Below are positions 19,457-31,766 of a stretch of 64,000 nucleotides of DNA, piece after piece. Source of the stretch: Alphaproteobacteria bacterium. Lineage in GTDB: Bacteria; Pseudomonadota; Alphaproteobacteria; CALKHQ01. Position numbers and translations under genes: made by a program. The stretch spans positions 960,001 through 1,024,000 of the forward strand of contig CBDDFZ010000002.1 of the NCBI GenBank assembly GCA_965227515.1, given 5' to 3'. Positions within the stretch are counted from its first letter, which is position 1. Each line of letters starts with the position of its first letter. Below the pieces are notes generated by a model that made no database searches, was not told where the DNA came from, and was given only the letters and a program-made list of their open reading frames with translations.

Positions 19457-20632
19457 ATGCATCCCCGCACCCTGCTCGTGCTGCTGGCGTTCGCGGCGTT
19501 CACCAGCCTCGGCCTGCCCGATGGCCTGATCGGTGTGGCGTGGCCGTCGATCAGCGTCGACTTCGGGCAGCCGCTGGATGCGCTGGGGCTGCTGGTGGCG
19601 GTGTTCACCACCGGCTACCTGACGTCGAGCTTCCTGGCCGGCGCGCTGTTGCGCCGGTTTACCGTCGGCACCGTGCTGGCGGTGTCGACAACGGCGGCGG
19701 CGGTGGCGCTGCTGGGCTATTCCGTGGCGCCGGCCTGGTGGCTGCTGGTCGGCTTTGCGTTCCTGTCCGGGCTCAGCGGCGGCGCGGTCGATGCCGGGCT
19801 GAACGCCTATGGCGCCACCCACTTCACCCCGCGCACCCTGAACTGGCTGCACGCCTTCTTCGGCGTCGGCACCACGCTGGGGCCGTTGATCGTGACCGCC
19901 GTGCTGGGCGGCGGGCTCGGCTGGCATTGGGCCTATGTCATCGTCGGCTGCGCACAGTTGGCGCTGGCGGCGACGTTCTTCGCGACGCGCGGGATGTGGC
20001 AGCGGGTCCGCGAGATCGGCACGGACAACCGGCCACCGGTCAAGGCCGCGCCGGCTCTGGAGACCGTGCGCCGGCCGATTGTCTGGCTCGGGATGCTGAC
20101 GTTCTTCTGCTACTCCGGCATGGAGATCGCGGCGGCGCAGTGGAGCTATTCGCTGCTGACGCTGGGGCGCGGCGTGGACGAGTCCGTCGCCGGCCTCTAC
20201 GTCGCGCTCTACTGGGGCAGCCTGATGGCCGGGCGCATTCTGTTCGGCTTCGTCGCCAACCGGCTGCCGCTGGTGGCGGCGCTGCGCATCTGCGTGCTCG
20301 CGAACATCGCGGGCACCGTGCTGGTGTGGCTGGAGCCGGTGCCGCTGGCCGCCCCGGTGGGCCTGATGATCATGGGGGCCGCGCTGGCGCCGATCTTCGC
20401 GACCTTGATCAGCCAGACGCCCGAGCGGGTGGGAAGGGCGCATGCGGACAGCGCCATAGGGTTCCAGATCGCGGCGGCCGGCCTGGGCGGTGCTGCGCTG
20501 ACCGCGCTGGTCGGCGTGCTCGCCCGCGGCATCGATCTGGAGGTCATCGGGGCTGCCCTGTTCGCGATTGCCCTCGGCCTGATGCTGATCTACGAGGTGC
20601 TGGTTCGTGCCACCTCAAGGTCGGCCGACTGA
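19457..20632 (+). CDS. MFS transporter
   Basis: About 12 hydrophobic helices; FTSLGLPDGLIGVAWP, GAVDAGLNAY, NWLHAFFGVG. Confidence 0.88.
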   Translation: MHPRTLLVLLAFAAFTSLGLPDGLIGVAWPSISVDFGQPLDALGLLVAVFTTGYLTSSFLAGALLRRFTVGTVLAVSTTAAAVALLGYSVAPAWWLLVGFAFLSGLSGGAVDAGLNAYGATHFTPRTLNWLHAFFGVGTTLGPLIVTAVLGGGLGWHWAYVIVGCAQLALAATFFATRGMWQRVREIGTDNRPPVKAAPALETVRRPIVWLGMLTFFCYSGMEIAAAQWSYSLLTLGRGVDESVAGLYVALYWGSLMAGRILFGFVANRLPLVAALRICVLANIAGTVLVWLEPVPLAAPVGLMIMGAALAPIFATLISQTPERVGRAHADSAIGFQIAAAGLGGAALTALVGVLARGIDLEVIGAALFAIALGLMLIYEVLVRATSRSAD

Positions 20633-20650
20633 CCGTCACCACGCGCTACC

Positions 20651-21034
20651 ATGCCAATGTTGTCCATCGACCATTTCGTGCTCACCGTCGCCTCCATCGA
20701 CCGGACCTGCGATTTCTACGAGCGTGCGCTCGGCATGCGACGGGTGGCGTTCGCCGGGCGGACGGCGCTGGCGTTCGGCGACCAGAAGATCAACCTGCAC
20801 CCGGCCGACAACCCCTACAGCCCGCGCGCGACGCTGGCGGCACCCGGCACCGGTGACTTCTGCCTGATCTCCGACGAGCCGGTGGCGGACGTGGCGGCGC
20901 GCTGGCGCGAGATGGGGATCGAGATCATCGAGGGCCCGGTGCCGCGCACCGGCGCTCGTGGCGCGCTGACGTCGATCTATTGCCGCGATCCCGACGGCAA
21001 TCTGGTCGAGGTGGCCAATTACGAGGTGGGGTGA
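20651..21034 (+). CDS. VOC/glyoxalase family protein
   Basis: IDHFVLTV, QKINLH, GPVPRTGARG, YCRDPDGNLVE. Confidence 0.9.
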   Translation: MPMLSIDHFVLTVASIDRTCDFYERALGMRRVAFAGRTALAFGDQKINLHPADNPYSPRATLAAPGTGDFCLISDEPVADVAARWREMGIEIIEGPVPRTGARGALTSIYCRDPDGNLVEVANYEVG

Positions 21035-21053
21035 GGGCCTGCCATTTATGCGG

Positions 21054-21178
21054 CGTCATTGCGAGGAGCGCCAATCGACCGTAGGAGGGCGGCGCGACGC
21101 GGCAATCCAGAGCTATCTCGCCGCGCTCACGGCAATCGCCTGGATCGCCGCGCCCGCGGGTGCGGGCTCGCGATGACG
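21054..21178. repeat. Palindromic element, GTCATTGCGAG...CTCGCAATGAC family
   Basis: CGTCATTGCGAG...GCGGCAATCCAG / CTGGATCGCCGC...CTCGCGATGACG nested inverted arms; a lone right arm CTCGCAATGACG also at ~25146. Confidence 0.8.
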
Positions 21179-21244
21179 GTAGTGTGGTAAAGGCGTCAGG
21201 CGGCCCGTAAGCGGGCATGACGGCTGTTGTAATTGCGGAAGCAG

Positions 21245-21676
21245 CGTCAGGCGGCCTGTAAGCCGGGTTCTGTCCAGGCGCGGCCGTAGCCATGCCCTGG
21301 ATGACCATTCATCTGGGACGCCCGTTGCCGGACGCCTCGCGCGACCTACCCGGGCAGCGACGCGGAGACCCGCCCGACGGCGGCCGAAGCCCCGTCTGTG
21401 CCGCCCCTATCCGGTCTTGCTCCCGGTGGGGTTTGCCTTGCCGGCCCCGTTGCCGTTGCCGCGGTGGGCTCTTACCCCACCCTTTCACCCTTGCCGCGCA
21501 ACACCCGAAGGCGCATGCGCGCGGCGGTCTGCTTTCTGTGGCACTTTCCCTGAACGCTGGCGCGAACGCCAGCGCCCGCCGGGCGTTACCCGGCACCGTG
21601 TCTCCATGGAGCCCGGACTTTCCTCCCCGCTGCGGGTTGCCCCATTGCAGCGGGGCGGCCATCCAGCCGCCTGACG
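21245..21676 (-). ncRNA. rnpB: RNase P RNA (type A)
   Basis: Minus strand GAGGAAAGTCCGGGCTCC, AGTGCCACAGAAA, GGTAAGAGCCCACC, GGCAAACCCC..GAGCAAG, AGATGAATG, ACAGAACCCGGCTTA; P1 formed by CGTCAGGCGGC / GCCGCCTGACG. Confidence 0.97.
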
Positions 21677-21687
21677 TACCGCTCTAT

Positions 21688-22621
21688 TTAGGCGATCTCC
21701 GGCGATGTTGGAATCTCCGGTTGCCGTGCGCGCACCTCGGAGGCCGCGGTGCGCACGATCTCCGCGATATCCGTGAGCTGCGGCGCGAGCGGGCTGGTCT
21801 TGCGCCAGATCATGCCGATGCTGCGCGACGGCTGCGGGTCGGCCAGGCGGGCAAGCGAGACCTCCGCCGTCGGTGTCTCGACCGCGACCGCCATCTCCGG
21901 GATCAGTGTCACGCCGAGGCCGGCGCCGACCATTTGCACCAGGGTCGACAGGCAACTGGCGTCCAACTGGTCGCGCGGCGTGGTCGACTGCATGGCACAG
22001 AACGCCAGCGCCTGGTCGCGAAAGCAGTGGCCCTCTTCCAGTAGCAGGAGCTGCAGCTCGCGCAGGGCGTCGCTGCCCGGAACCGGCTTGCCGGCATCGG
22101 CCCGGGGACGCACCAGGATGAAGCTCTCGCTGAACAGCGCGATCTCCTCGAACGCCGGCTCGGATATGGGCAGCGCCAGTATCGCCGCGTCCAAACGGCC
22201 TTCGCGCAACTCCACCAGCAGCTTTGACGTCATGGTCTCGCGCACCCGGATATCCAGGGTGCCATGCACCTCGTGCAACTTGCCGACGATTGCGGGCAGC
22301 AGGTAGGGACCGATGGTGGGAATGACGCCCAGGCGGAGCTGTCCGACCAGCCGGTTGCCCGAAACGCGCGCCAGTTCGTCCAGTTCGTCGACCGAGCGCA
22401 GGATCTTGCGCACCCGTTCGGCGAACGTGGCCCCGAAACCGGTCAGCCGCACGTGGCGGGCGCCACGCTCGAACAGCGGCGTGTCCAGCGTCTCTTCCAA
22501 CTCCTTGATCTGGAGCGAAAGTGCCGGCTGGGAGATGGCGCACGCCTCCGCGGCGCGGCCGAAATGGCCGTGGCGTGCCAGCGCCTCGAAATAGCGCAAT
22601 TGCCGAAGGGTCAGATTGTTC

Positions 22622-22623
<2 letters not shown>
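21688..22623 (-). CDS. oxyR: Hydrogen peroxide-inducible LysR regulator OxyR
   Basis: LysR HTH; LLEEGHCFRDQALAFC redox Cys pair; divergent from katG. Confidence 0.93.
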
Positions 22624-24954
<2,331 letters not shown>

Positions 24955-24980
24955 CCAGCCAGGATCGGCTGCCAATGACC

Positions 24981-25024
24981 GGCCCCGTCGAGACCCATGA
25001 AGGACTTCTCGGCGGGGCCTTTCT
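24981..25024 (+). terminator. Probable katG terminator
   Basis: GGCCCCGTCGAGA / TCTCGGCGGGGCC stem followed by TTTCT. Confidence 0.6.
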
Positions 25025-25046
25025 GCTGTGCGCCATACCTCGGTAT

Positions 25047-25140
25047 AATTCGGTGAATTCGGTGACAGTTTACTAAATACAACCTCGACGTCATTGGACG
25101 GGCAAGGCGCCGCGGGTATTTAGTAAACTGTCACCGAATT
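25047..25140. repeat. AT-rich 25-bp perfect inverted repeat (MITE/REP-like)
   Basis: AATTCGGTGACAGTTTACTAAATAC (25056-25080) / GTATTTAGTAAACTGTCACCGAATT (25116-25140); AATTCGGTG duplicated in tandem at the left end. Confidence 0.85.
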
Positions 25141-25188
25141 ATGCGCTCGCAATGACGGCTTGAGAGCTGGTTGGCCGCGATCGTTGGC

Positions 25189-26604
25189 CTACGCGTCGGC
25201 GTAGCGCTCCATGATCGCCGCCGCGATGGCGCGCATGCCCATCGCCTCGCCGCCGCGCGGGTGGCCGGGGCGCGGGCGCAGGTTCCACGCCATCAGGTCG
25301 ACATGGGCCCAGGCCGTGCCGTTGGGCACGAAGCGCTGCAGGAACAGGGCGGCCACGATGGCGCCGCCATAGGGCCCGTCGGAGATGTTGTTGATGTCGG
25401 CCAGGTGTCCCTCCAGGCCCTTGGCATAGGGGGCGTAGAGCGGCATCCGCCACATCGCGTCGTACGCGCGGGTGCCCGCGTCGAGAATGGCGTTCGCCCA
25501 GCCATCGTCGTTGCAGAACAGGGCCGGCAGGTCGGTGCCCAGTGCCACCCGCGCGGCACCGGTCAGCGTCGCCATGTCGACGATCAGGTCCGGCTTCTCC
25601 TCCACCGCGACGGTGAGCGCATCGCACAGGATCAGCCGGCCCTCGGCGTCGGTATTGCCGACCTCGACCGTGATGCCGGCGCGGGTCTTGATGATGTCGT
25701 GGGGGCGGAAGGCGTTGCCCGCGATGTTGTTCTCCACCGCCGGCACCAGGGTGCGCAGGCGGATCGGCGCGCCCGCGCCCATCAGCATGTCGGCGATGCC
25801 CAGGATGTTGGCGGCCCCGCCCATGTCCTTCTTCATGATCTCCATGCCACGGGCCGGCTTGATGTCGAGCCCGCCGGTGTCGAAGCACACGCCCTTGCCG
25901 ACCAGCGTCACCTTCGGGTGGTCCGGGTTGCCCCAGGTGATGTCGATCAGCCGCGGCGGGTCGTCGCTGGCGCGCCCGACGGTGTGGATCGCGGCGAGCT
26001 GGGCATCCAGCAGGGCGTCGCCGACCACGTGCTCCACCTTGGCGTCGTGCTCGGCCGCCATCGTCTCGGCGGCGGCGGCGAGCTGGCTCGGGCCCAGATC
26101 CTCAGCCGGGGTGTTGATCAGGTCGCGGCACATGGCGGTGGCGCGGGCGGCGCGGGTGACGGCGTCGCGGTCGATACCCTCGGGCCACACCAGCCGGGCC
26201 GGTTCCGGCCTGCCATTGCTCTTCTTGCCGTTGGTCTTGTAGCGGTCGAAGCTGTAGGTGCCCAGCGCCCAGCCCAGCGCCGCATGGCCGGCCACGGTCG
26301 CGTCGACCGGCTCGACAAGCTGGTAGTCGCCGGGCGGCAGGGTGAGCGCCACGCCGCCATAGCCGAACAGCGGCTCGTCGCCCTGGCCCTGGGACGGGTC
26401 GCCGATCAGGGCCATGGCCGCGCGGCCGTTCTCGTCGGGTACCAGGCAGACCTGACCCGGGCGGCCGGTGAACTGGTTGACCGACAGCCAGGCGCGCGCC
26501 GCCTCTGGCTGGTTGTCGCGCCATGCCGCCAGCCCGGCAGCGCTCAGCGGCACCAACGGTATGGGGTTGGCGGCGTCGGCGGAATCGACTAGGGCGTCAG
26601 GCAC
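25189..26604 (-). CDS. M17 leucyl aminopeptidase family protein
   Basis: VGKGVCFDTGG, MKKDMGGAA, NTDAEGRL, DMATLTGA, WAHVD. Confidence 0.93.
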   Translation of the reverse strand: MPDALVDSADAANPIPLVPLSAAGLAAWRDNQPEAARAWLSVNQFTGRPGQVCLVPDENGRAAMALIGDPSQGQGDEPLFGYGGVALTLPPGDYQLVEPVDATVAGHAALGWALGTYSFDRYKTNGKKSNGRPEPARLVWPEGIDRDAVTRAARATAMCRDLINTPAEDLGPSQLAAAAETMAAEHDAKVEHVVGDALLDAQLAAIHTVGRASDDPPRLIDITWGNPDHPKVTLVGKGVCFDTGGLDIKPARGMEIMKKDMGGAANILGIADMLMGAGAPIRLRTLVPAVENNIAGNAFRPHDIIKTRAGITVEVGNTDAEGRLILCDALTVAVEEKPDLIVDMATLTGAARVALGTDLPALFCNDDGWANAILDAGTRAYDAMWRMPLYAPYAKGLEGHLADINNISDGPYGGAIVAALFLQRFVPNGTAWAHVDLMAWNLRPRPGHPRGGEAMGMRAIAAAIMERYADA

Positions 26605-26725
26605 GGTTCATCTCCGGTCGTCTTTGGTGTCGGCGACAGGTACAATATCGGCGACGCGGTTAACAGCGATCGACACGCCGCGAGGGGTCGCGGCACAAAA
26701 AGAATTGGTCAGTGGGAGTGCGGTC

Positions 26726-27382
26726 ATGTCGTCCATGCGTGTGATCATCGGCAACAAGAATTATTCGTCCTGGTCGCTACGCGGCTGGCTGGCCGCGCGG
26801 CACGTCGGCGCCGAGTTTGAGGAGGTGCTGGTCCAGCTCGACCGTCCGGACACCGCGCAGGAGATTCGCCGCCATTCCCCCTCCGGCCTGGTGCCGGCGC
26901 TGGTGGATGGCGACCTGACGGTGTGGGATTCGCTGGCGATCTGCGAGTATTTGGCCGAGCAGCACCCGGAGGCGGGTATGTGGCCGGAAGACCCTGCGGT
27001 GCGCGCCCATGCCCGCTCGGTCGCGGCGGAAATGCACAGCGGCTTTCGCGCGCTCAGGGTCGCGATGCCGATGAACCTGCGCCGCAAGCCGAAGGCGCTG
27101 AATATCGACGACGACGTGCGCAGCGACATCACCCGCATCTGCGCGATCTGGCGCGATTGCCGCGCCCATTTCGCAACCGGCGACTCGCCGTGGCTCTATG
27201 GCAATTACGGTGTGCCAGACATCATGTTCACGCCGGTGGCGTGGCGCTTCCATAGCTATGCGGTCGATCTTGACGAGGGCTGCGCGGCCTATGCCGAGGC
27301 GCTGAGAAGCACGCCGGCAATGAAGGAATGGCTGGACGCCGCGCTCGACGAGCCGTGGATCAGCGACGCCTACGAGCTCTGA
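26726..27382 (+). CDS. Glutathione S-transferase family protein
   Basis: IGNKNYSSWSLRGW, VPAL, DSLAICEYL, AEMHSGF; GGGAG RBS. Confidence 0.92.
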   Translation: MSSMRVIIGNKNYSSWSLRGWLAARHVGAEFEEVLVQLDRPDTAQEIRRHSPSGLVPALVDGDLTVWDSLAICEYLAEQHPEAGMWPEDPAVRAHARSVAAEMHSGFRALRVAMPMNLRRKPKALNIDDDVRSDITRICAIWRDCRAHFATGDSPWLYGNYGVPDIMFTPVAWRFHSYAVDLDEGCAAYAEALRSTPAMKEWLDAALDEPWISDAYEL

Positions 27383-27405
27383 GCAGCCGGCCGGCCACGC
27401 CAGAA

Positions 27406-28341
27406 TTACGACAGTCCCTCGGATGACGGCGTGCCCGCCGCGTTCGCCTTGATCTCGCGGATCAGTTCGTCGTGGCAGGGGGTCGGAATGCCGTGGGCGC
27501 GGCCCAGCCGGGCGATGGTGCCCGACAGCCAGGGCAGTTCCAGCCGGCCGCCGCGCTCCAGATCCTGCTGCATCGACGACTTCATCTCATAGGCCATGCC
27601 GTCGAGCGCGGTCATCTGCCTGGCGTGCAGGTCGTCCGGCAGGCCCGGGCACTCGGCCCGGCCGACCGCGATGGCCTCGTCCAGCGCGTCGGACATGCGG
27701 CCGCGGTCGTGCTCCATCACCCAGCCGATGGTCTTGCGATGGGCCGTGGTCAGTCCACTGTGACAGGCCAGCATGGAGAACTTGATCCAGATGGCGGCGA
27801 AGATGTTGTCGCTCAGTTCGGCGTTCACCTCCGGCAGGTCGGCCGCCGCGTGCAGCGCCGAGACCCGGGGGTCGGGCTTGCCGTCCAGGCTGCCGACGAC
27901 CAGCCGGGTCATCGGGTTGTTCTGGCGGACCACGCCGGGTTCGACGATTTCGGCGGGGATGTAGACCGTGCCGCCGGCCACCCGTTGCGGCCCGTAACGC
28001 TCCAACAGCAAGGGCTCGGCGTCGACGCCGTTCTGCAGCGAGACGACCAGGGTCTCGGGCCCCACCATCGGCGCGATCGCATCGACCGCGCCGGCCAGGT
28101 CCCACAGCTTGGTGCACACCAGCACCGCGTCGCAAGCGCCGACCTTGGCCGGATCGTCGGTGGCGTTGGGGTTGGCGATGGTGAAGTCGCCGTGCGGGCT
28201 GATCACGGACAGCCCGTTCTCCAGCATCGCCGCCAGGTGGCGGCCGCGCGCGATGAAGTGCACATCGGCCCGCTCGGCCTGGGCAATGCGCCCGCCATAG
28301 TACCCGCCGACGCCGCCGGTGCCGAACACGCCGATTTTCAT
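27406..28341 (-). CDS. panE: Ketopantoate reductase (PanE/ApbA family)
   Basis: GTGGVGGYYG, TK, SLQNG, IWIKF, SSMQQDLERG..LE. Confidence 0.85.
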   Translation of the reverse strand: MKIGVFGTGGVGGYYGGRIAQAERADVHFIARGRHLAAMLENGLSVISPHGDFTIANPNATDDPAKVGACDAVLVCTKLWDLAGAVDAIAPMVGPETLVVSLQNGVDAEPLLLERYGPQRVAGGTVYIPAEIVEPGVVRQNNPMTRLVVGSLDGKPDPRVSALHAAADLPEVNAELSDNIFAAIWIKFSMLACHSGLTTAHRKTIGWVMEHDRGRMSDALDEAIAVGRAECPGLPDDLHARQMTALDGMAYEMKSSMQQDLERGGRLELPWLSGTIARLGRAHGIPTPCHDELIREIKANAAGTPSSEGLS

Positions 28342-28486
28342 GAAACGGTCTCCAACGATTGGGAATGTGCGCCTTGATAGCACGCGGGTCACCCAGGTGT
28401 GAGGCGGATTGACGGCGCGGTGCCGCCATCGGCGGTTACACAGGATCGGCACATATGGGTCGACCCCGACCCGAAGGAACAAGCGA

Positions 28487-28984
28487 ATGAGGATCTTCGG
28501 CAGCATTGCCCTGGCGGGCGCGATGGCGGTTCTGGCCGCACCGGTGGCACGTGCCGCCGACCTGGGGCTGGGCATGCTGGCCTATGACCAGGGCCAGTAT
28601 GCGGCCGCGCTCGCGGAGTGGGTGCCGCTGGCCGAGGACGGCAATGCCATGGCGCAGGCCCTGCTCGGGCTGATGTACCGCACCGGCGAAGGCGTGGTGC
28701 GCGATCCGGCTGTTGCCGCCGACTGGTACGGGCGCGCGGCGCGCCAGGGCCATCCCTACGCCCAGTTCAATCTCGCCGAGATGCTGCGCGACGGGGAGGG
28801 CGTGGCGGCCGATCCGGTGCGGGCTTATGTCTGGTTCTCGCTCGCCGCCGAGGGGATTCCCGTCGGCGAGGACGGCACCAATGCCGCCAGCCGGGCGCGC
28901 GACGTGCTTGGCGCCACAATGAGCGAGGACGCCATTGCAGAGGCACGCGCGCTGGCGCCGCCACTGGTCGATGGCCAACAGTGA
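28487..28984 (+). CDS. Sel1-repeat exported protein
   Basis: Signal peptide; AQALLGLMYRTGEGV..D, AQFNLAEMLRDGEGV..D..AYVWFSLAA. Confidence 0.88.
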   Translation: MRIFGSIALAGAMAVLAAPVARAADLGLGMLAYDQGQYAAALAEWVPLAEDGNAMAQALLGLMYRTGEGVVRDPAVAADWYGRAARQGHPYAQFNLAEMLRDGEGVAADPVRAYVWFSLAAEGIPVGEDGTNAASRARDVLGATMSEDAIAEARALAPPLVDGQQ

Positions 28985-29133
28985 GGCCACCCCACAGGGC
29001 ATGTGCGATCAATCACTGACACCGGCTTCGTGACTGGCGTGTGATGGCGGCCGATGACTAGGTTTCGTCCTGCATTTCAAGGCCCGGCTTGAGCCACGGC
29101 TGGGCGACCATGGGCACATTGGGGAGAAGTCAC

Positions 29134-29547
29134 ATGCGAATTCGCGCAACGATTCGGGCGTTGGCGGGGCTTGCGGCGAGCGGAGTGATGGCAGCCAGCG
29201 GGGCGACCGCGTTAGCGGACGGCGATGCGGCGGCCGGCGAGCGGGTGTTCCGGCAGTGCCTGGTCTGCCACAGCCTTGCCGAGGGCCAGAACGGTGTCGG
29301 CCCGTCTTTCTATGGCCTGTACGGTCGCACAGCGGGCACGGTGGAAGGCTACAACTACACCCCGGCGATGGCGGAGTCCGGCGTGGTGTGGAACGCGGAA
29401 AACCTGGATGCGCACCTGTCCGATGTCGCGGGGTTCATTCCCGGCAACCGGATGGCGCTGGTCAATCCGCAGGGCATCCCCGATGCACAGCAGCGCGCCG
29501 ACCTGATCGAGTACCTGAAGCAGGCGACCAGCGGCCCGGGCAACTGA
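29134..29547 (+). CDS. Cytochrome c2/CycM-like class I cytochrome c
   Basis: GDAAAGERVFRQCLVCH, GPS, PGNRM axial Met; signal peptide; GGGGAG RBS. Confidence 0.9.
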   Translation: MRIRATIRALAGLAASGVMAASGATALADGDAAAGERVFRQCLVCHSLAEGQNGVGPSFYGLYGRTAGTVEGYNYTPAMAESGVVWNAENLDAHLSDVAGFIPGNRMALVNPQGIPDAQQRADLIEYLKQATSGPGN

Positions 29548-29579
29548 GAGGCTAGGGCGACTGAGACTCGTGCCGGCCA

Positions 29580-29608
29580 CCCGCGCGTCCATGAACGCAG
29601 ACGCGCGG
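29580..29608. terminator. Hairpin between convergent genes (possible bidirectional terminator)
   Basis: CCCGCGCGTC / GACGCGCGGG 10-bp stem; no U-tract. Confidence 0.4.
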
Positions 29609-29621
29609 GGGCCCATGTGGC

Positions 29622-31628
29622 TTAGACGAAGAACCCGGGCTGGTCCAACAGCACCAGCGATACGCCGTCGTCGAAGGTGTATTCCACGCCGCGGAACCCG
29701 TAACGCTCCGCCGCGCCTGCCGCGTCGGCCAGGCTGTGCACTTCCTCGCCGTTCAGTGTGACACCCTCGAAAACGATCTCGTCGTGCCGCTCATCGAAGT
29801 CGGTGATGATGTCGCGTTCCGACGCGCCGGTAACGACGAAGCGGTCGTCACCCTTGCCGCCGGTCAGAACATCCAGGCCTGCGCCGCCATTGAGGATGTC
29901 GTCGCCGCGACCGCCGTCAATGTAGTCGTTGCCGTCAAGACCGACGAGTTGATCGTCGCGCTTGGTGCCATTCAGCCAGTCCGACCGGTCGGTTCCGAAC
30001 TTGGTCCGAACCGACGTATCTGCCTCAACGCCGATTGTGGTGGCGACCTCGGCACTGGCGCCGTCCAGGCCGCGTTCGTCGTAGACCGTGATGGTGATGT
30101 GTCGAAGCGCCTCGCTCGGATCGTCGGTTCGGCTCTCGAACGACAGGCTTTGCAGCACCTCCTGGTATTCCTCGGCAGTGGCGGCGCCGGCCAGGGTCAG
30201 CACGCCGTCCTTGGCGTCGTACGAGGCGCGGATGCCCGACCCTTTCTCGATTTCGACATTCAGTATGTCGTCGCGTTTGTCGAAGCCTTCAGCGATCCTG
30301 ATCTGCGCGCCGGACAACACGCTCGAATCGGCATCGGTGATCGCGAGGTCAGTCGCGAAGTCGACGGCTGGCCCGCCTTCGCGGTAGGTGAGCGGGTGCG
30401 GCAGTTCGGTGCCGTCGTCATATTCGGCAACCGCGCGTGGACGGTTTGCGATCGTGGGATCGAGGGCGTTCGACAGCGAGACGACGGTCTCGCCGGCATC
30501 CATGTAGTCGCCGTCGCCGTTGAGATCGCTGAGCCGGGCGACATTCTTCTGTTCCGGGCCGGTGCCGTTGATCGTGAAGACGACGTCGCCATTGTCCATC
30601 GCCGCAATCGAGAAGCCGAAACGCGCGGCATAGCCGTCCGGCATGAAGCTCTCGTTCCACACCTCAACGGCCTCTTCCGGCGCGTCGATGGTGCCGGACC
30701 CATCCAGGTCGGTCAGCCGATAGATGGCGGGCGGGTTGGACGACGATCCGATCCAGGTATAGGTCAGAATGCTGCCATCCTGGGCCGCGTGCGCGATGTC
30801 GAGCGGCGCGCCGTAGTTCTCGGTGTCCGAGATGAACTCGGTCGCCTCGCCGGCATCGATGACGCCGTTGCCGTTCGCGTCCTCGATCCGCCAGACCACG
30901 TCCGGGTCTCCGCCGACGGTATCGGTCAGGTACGCGACATTGCCGACGAACGACAGGTCGAAGGCGGACGAGGATGCGTTGATCGTCTGCAGGTCGAGCC
31001 AGATGGTGGCCTCGCCGGCATCGTTCGCGTCGCCGTCGCCGTTCAGGTCCTCGGTGCGATAGATCGCGTCGACGGGCCTTGAGCTGACGCCCGCATTGAC
31101 GATGTAGATCGCGCCGTCGCCGCCCTCGGCCACGCCATTCGGTGTCGGCAGCGTGTACCCGGCGTCGTTCTCGGCTTCGGAGAACCAGACAGTGGCCTCA
31201 CCCGCGTCGTTGGCGTCGCCGTCGCCGTTGAGATCGCGCAGGCGGTAGACCGCGTCGGTGTCGCCGTCTCCAGCATAGACCGCCCCATCGGACGCCTGGT
31301 GGATGTTGAAGATGTTGCCGGTCGGGTCCGTCAGTCCGCTGGCATTACTGCCGTCGAAGAATACGCTCTGTTCCCCGGCATCCGCCGCGTCGCCGTCGCC
31401 GTTGAGGTCGGTCAGGCGATAGATCGCCTCGTCGGTCTGGTCCGCGAACAGGACTTGGCCGGACCATTGGTAAGCCGGGGTCAGCGACAGGTCCGGGGTC
31501 TCGGTCGTGGCCAGAATGTCGTCGTCGTTGGTGACAGGCTTGATCTCGACGCCGCGGTGGCTGCCGTGTCGGTGCGGGTGATGCCCCCACCAAGGGTTCC
31601 AGAACCTGCCGTAGTGTGATCCGCTCAT
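29622..31628 (-). CDS. RTX-type secreted protein: His-rich N-terminus, six calcium-blade (DxNxDG) repeats, Ig/cadherin-like domain, C-terminal RTX repeats
   Basis: Six repeats of YRLxDLNGDGDAxDAGE; LTYREGGPAV..ITDADS..L.GA..VLTL.G..T..EY..VL domain; GGRGDDILNGGAGLDVLTGGKGDDRF..DIITDF; GAGGA RBS. Confidence 0.85.
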   Translation of the reverse strand: MSGSHYGRFWNPWWGHHPHRHGSHRGVEIKPVTNDDDILATTETPDLSLTPAYQWSGQVLFADQTDEAIYRLTDLNGDGDAADAGEQSVFFDGSNASGLTDPTGNIFNIHQASDGAVYAGDGDTDAVYRLRDLNGDGDANDAGEATVWFSEAENDAGYTLPTPNGVAEGGDGAIYIVNAGVSSRPVDAIYRTEDLNGDGDANDAGEATIWLDLQTINASSSAFDLSFVGNVAYLTDTVGGDPDVVWRIEDANGNGVIDAGEATEFISDTENYGAPLDIAHAAQDGSILTYTWIGSSSNPPAIYRLTDLDGSGTIDAPEEAVEVWNESFMPDGYAARFGFSIAAMDNGDVVFTINGTGPEQKNVARLSDLNGDGDYMDAGETVVSLSNALDPTIANRPRAVAEYDDGTELPHPLTYREGGPAVDFATDLAITDADSSVLSGAQIRIAEGFDKRDDILNVEIEKGSGIRASYDAKDGVLTLAGAATAEEYQEVLQSLSFESRTDDPSEALRHITITVYDERGLDGASAEVATTIGVEADTSVRTKFGTDRSDWLNGTKRDDQLVGLDGNDYIDGGRGDDILNGGAGLDVLTGGKGDDRFVVTGASERDIITDFDERHDEIVFEGVTLNGEEVHSLADAAGAAERYGFRGVEYTFDDGVSLVLLDQPGFFV

Positions 31629-31766
31629 TCCTCACTCCAATTCGCGCCCTATGGCGTCGTTTCTCGGATCGCCCCGCTGTCCCGCTCGCGGAAGCCGGCA
31701 TCCCGCGCCTTGCCTCGGCCGAGGGTCGGCACGCGATGGCGGCTTCGGTGCCTACCTACCGAGCGG

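Noticed and set aside
21292-22044. ORFs across 21292-21680
   Set aside because: They overlap rnpB and oxyR and are translation artefacts of the RNA gene
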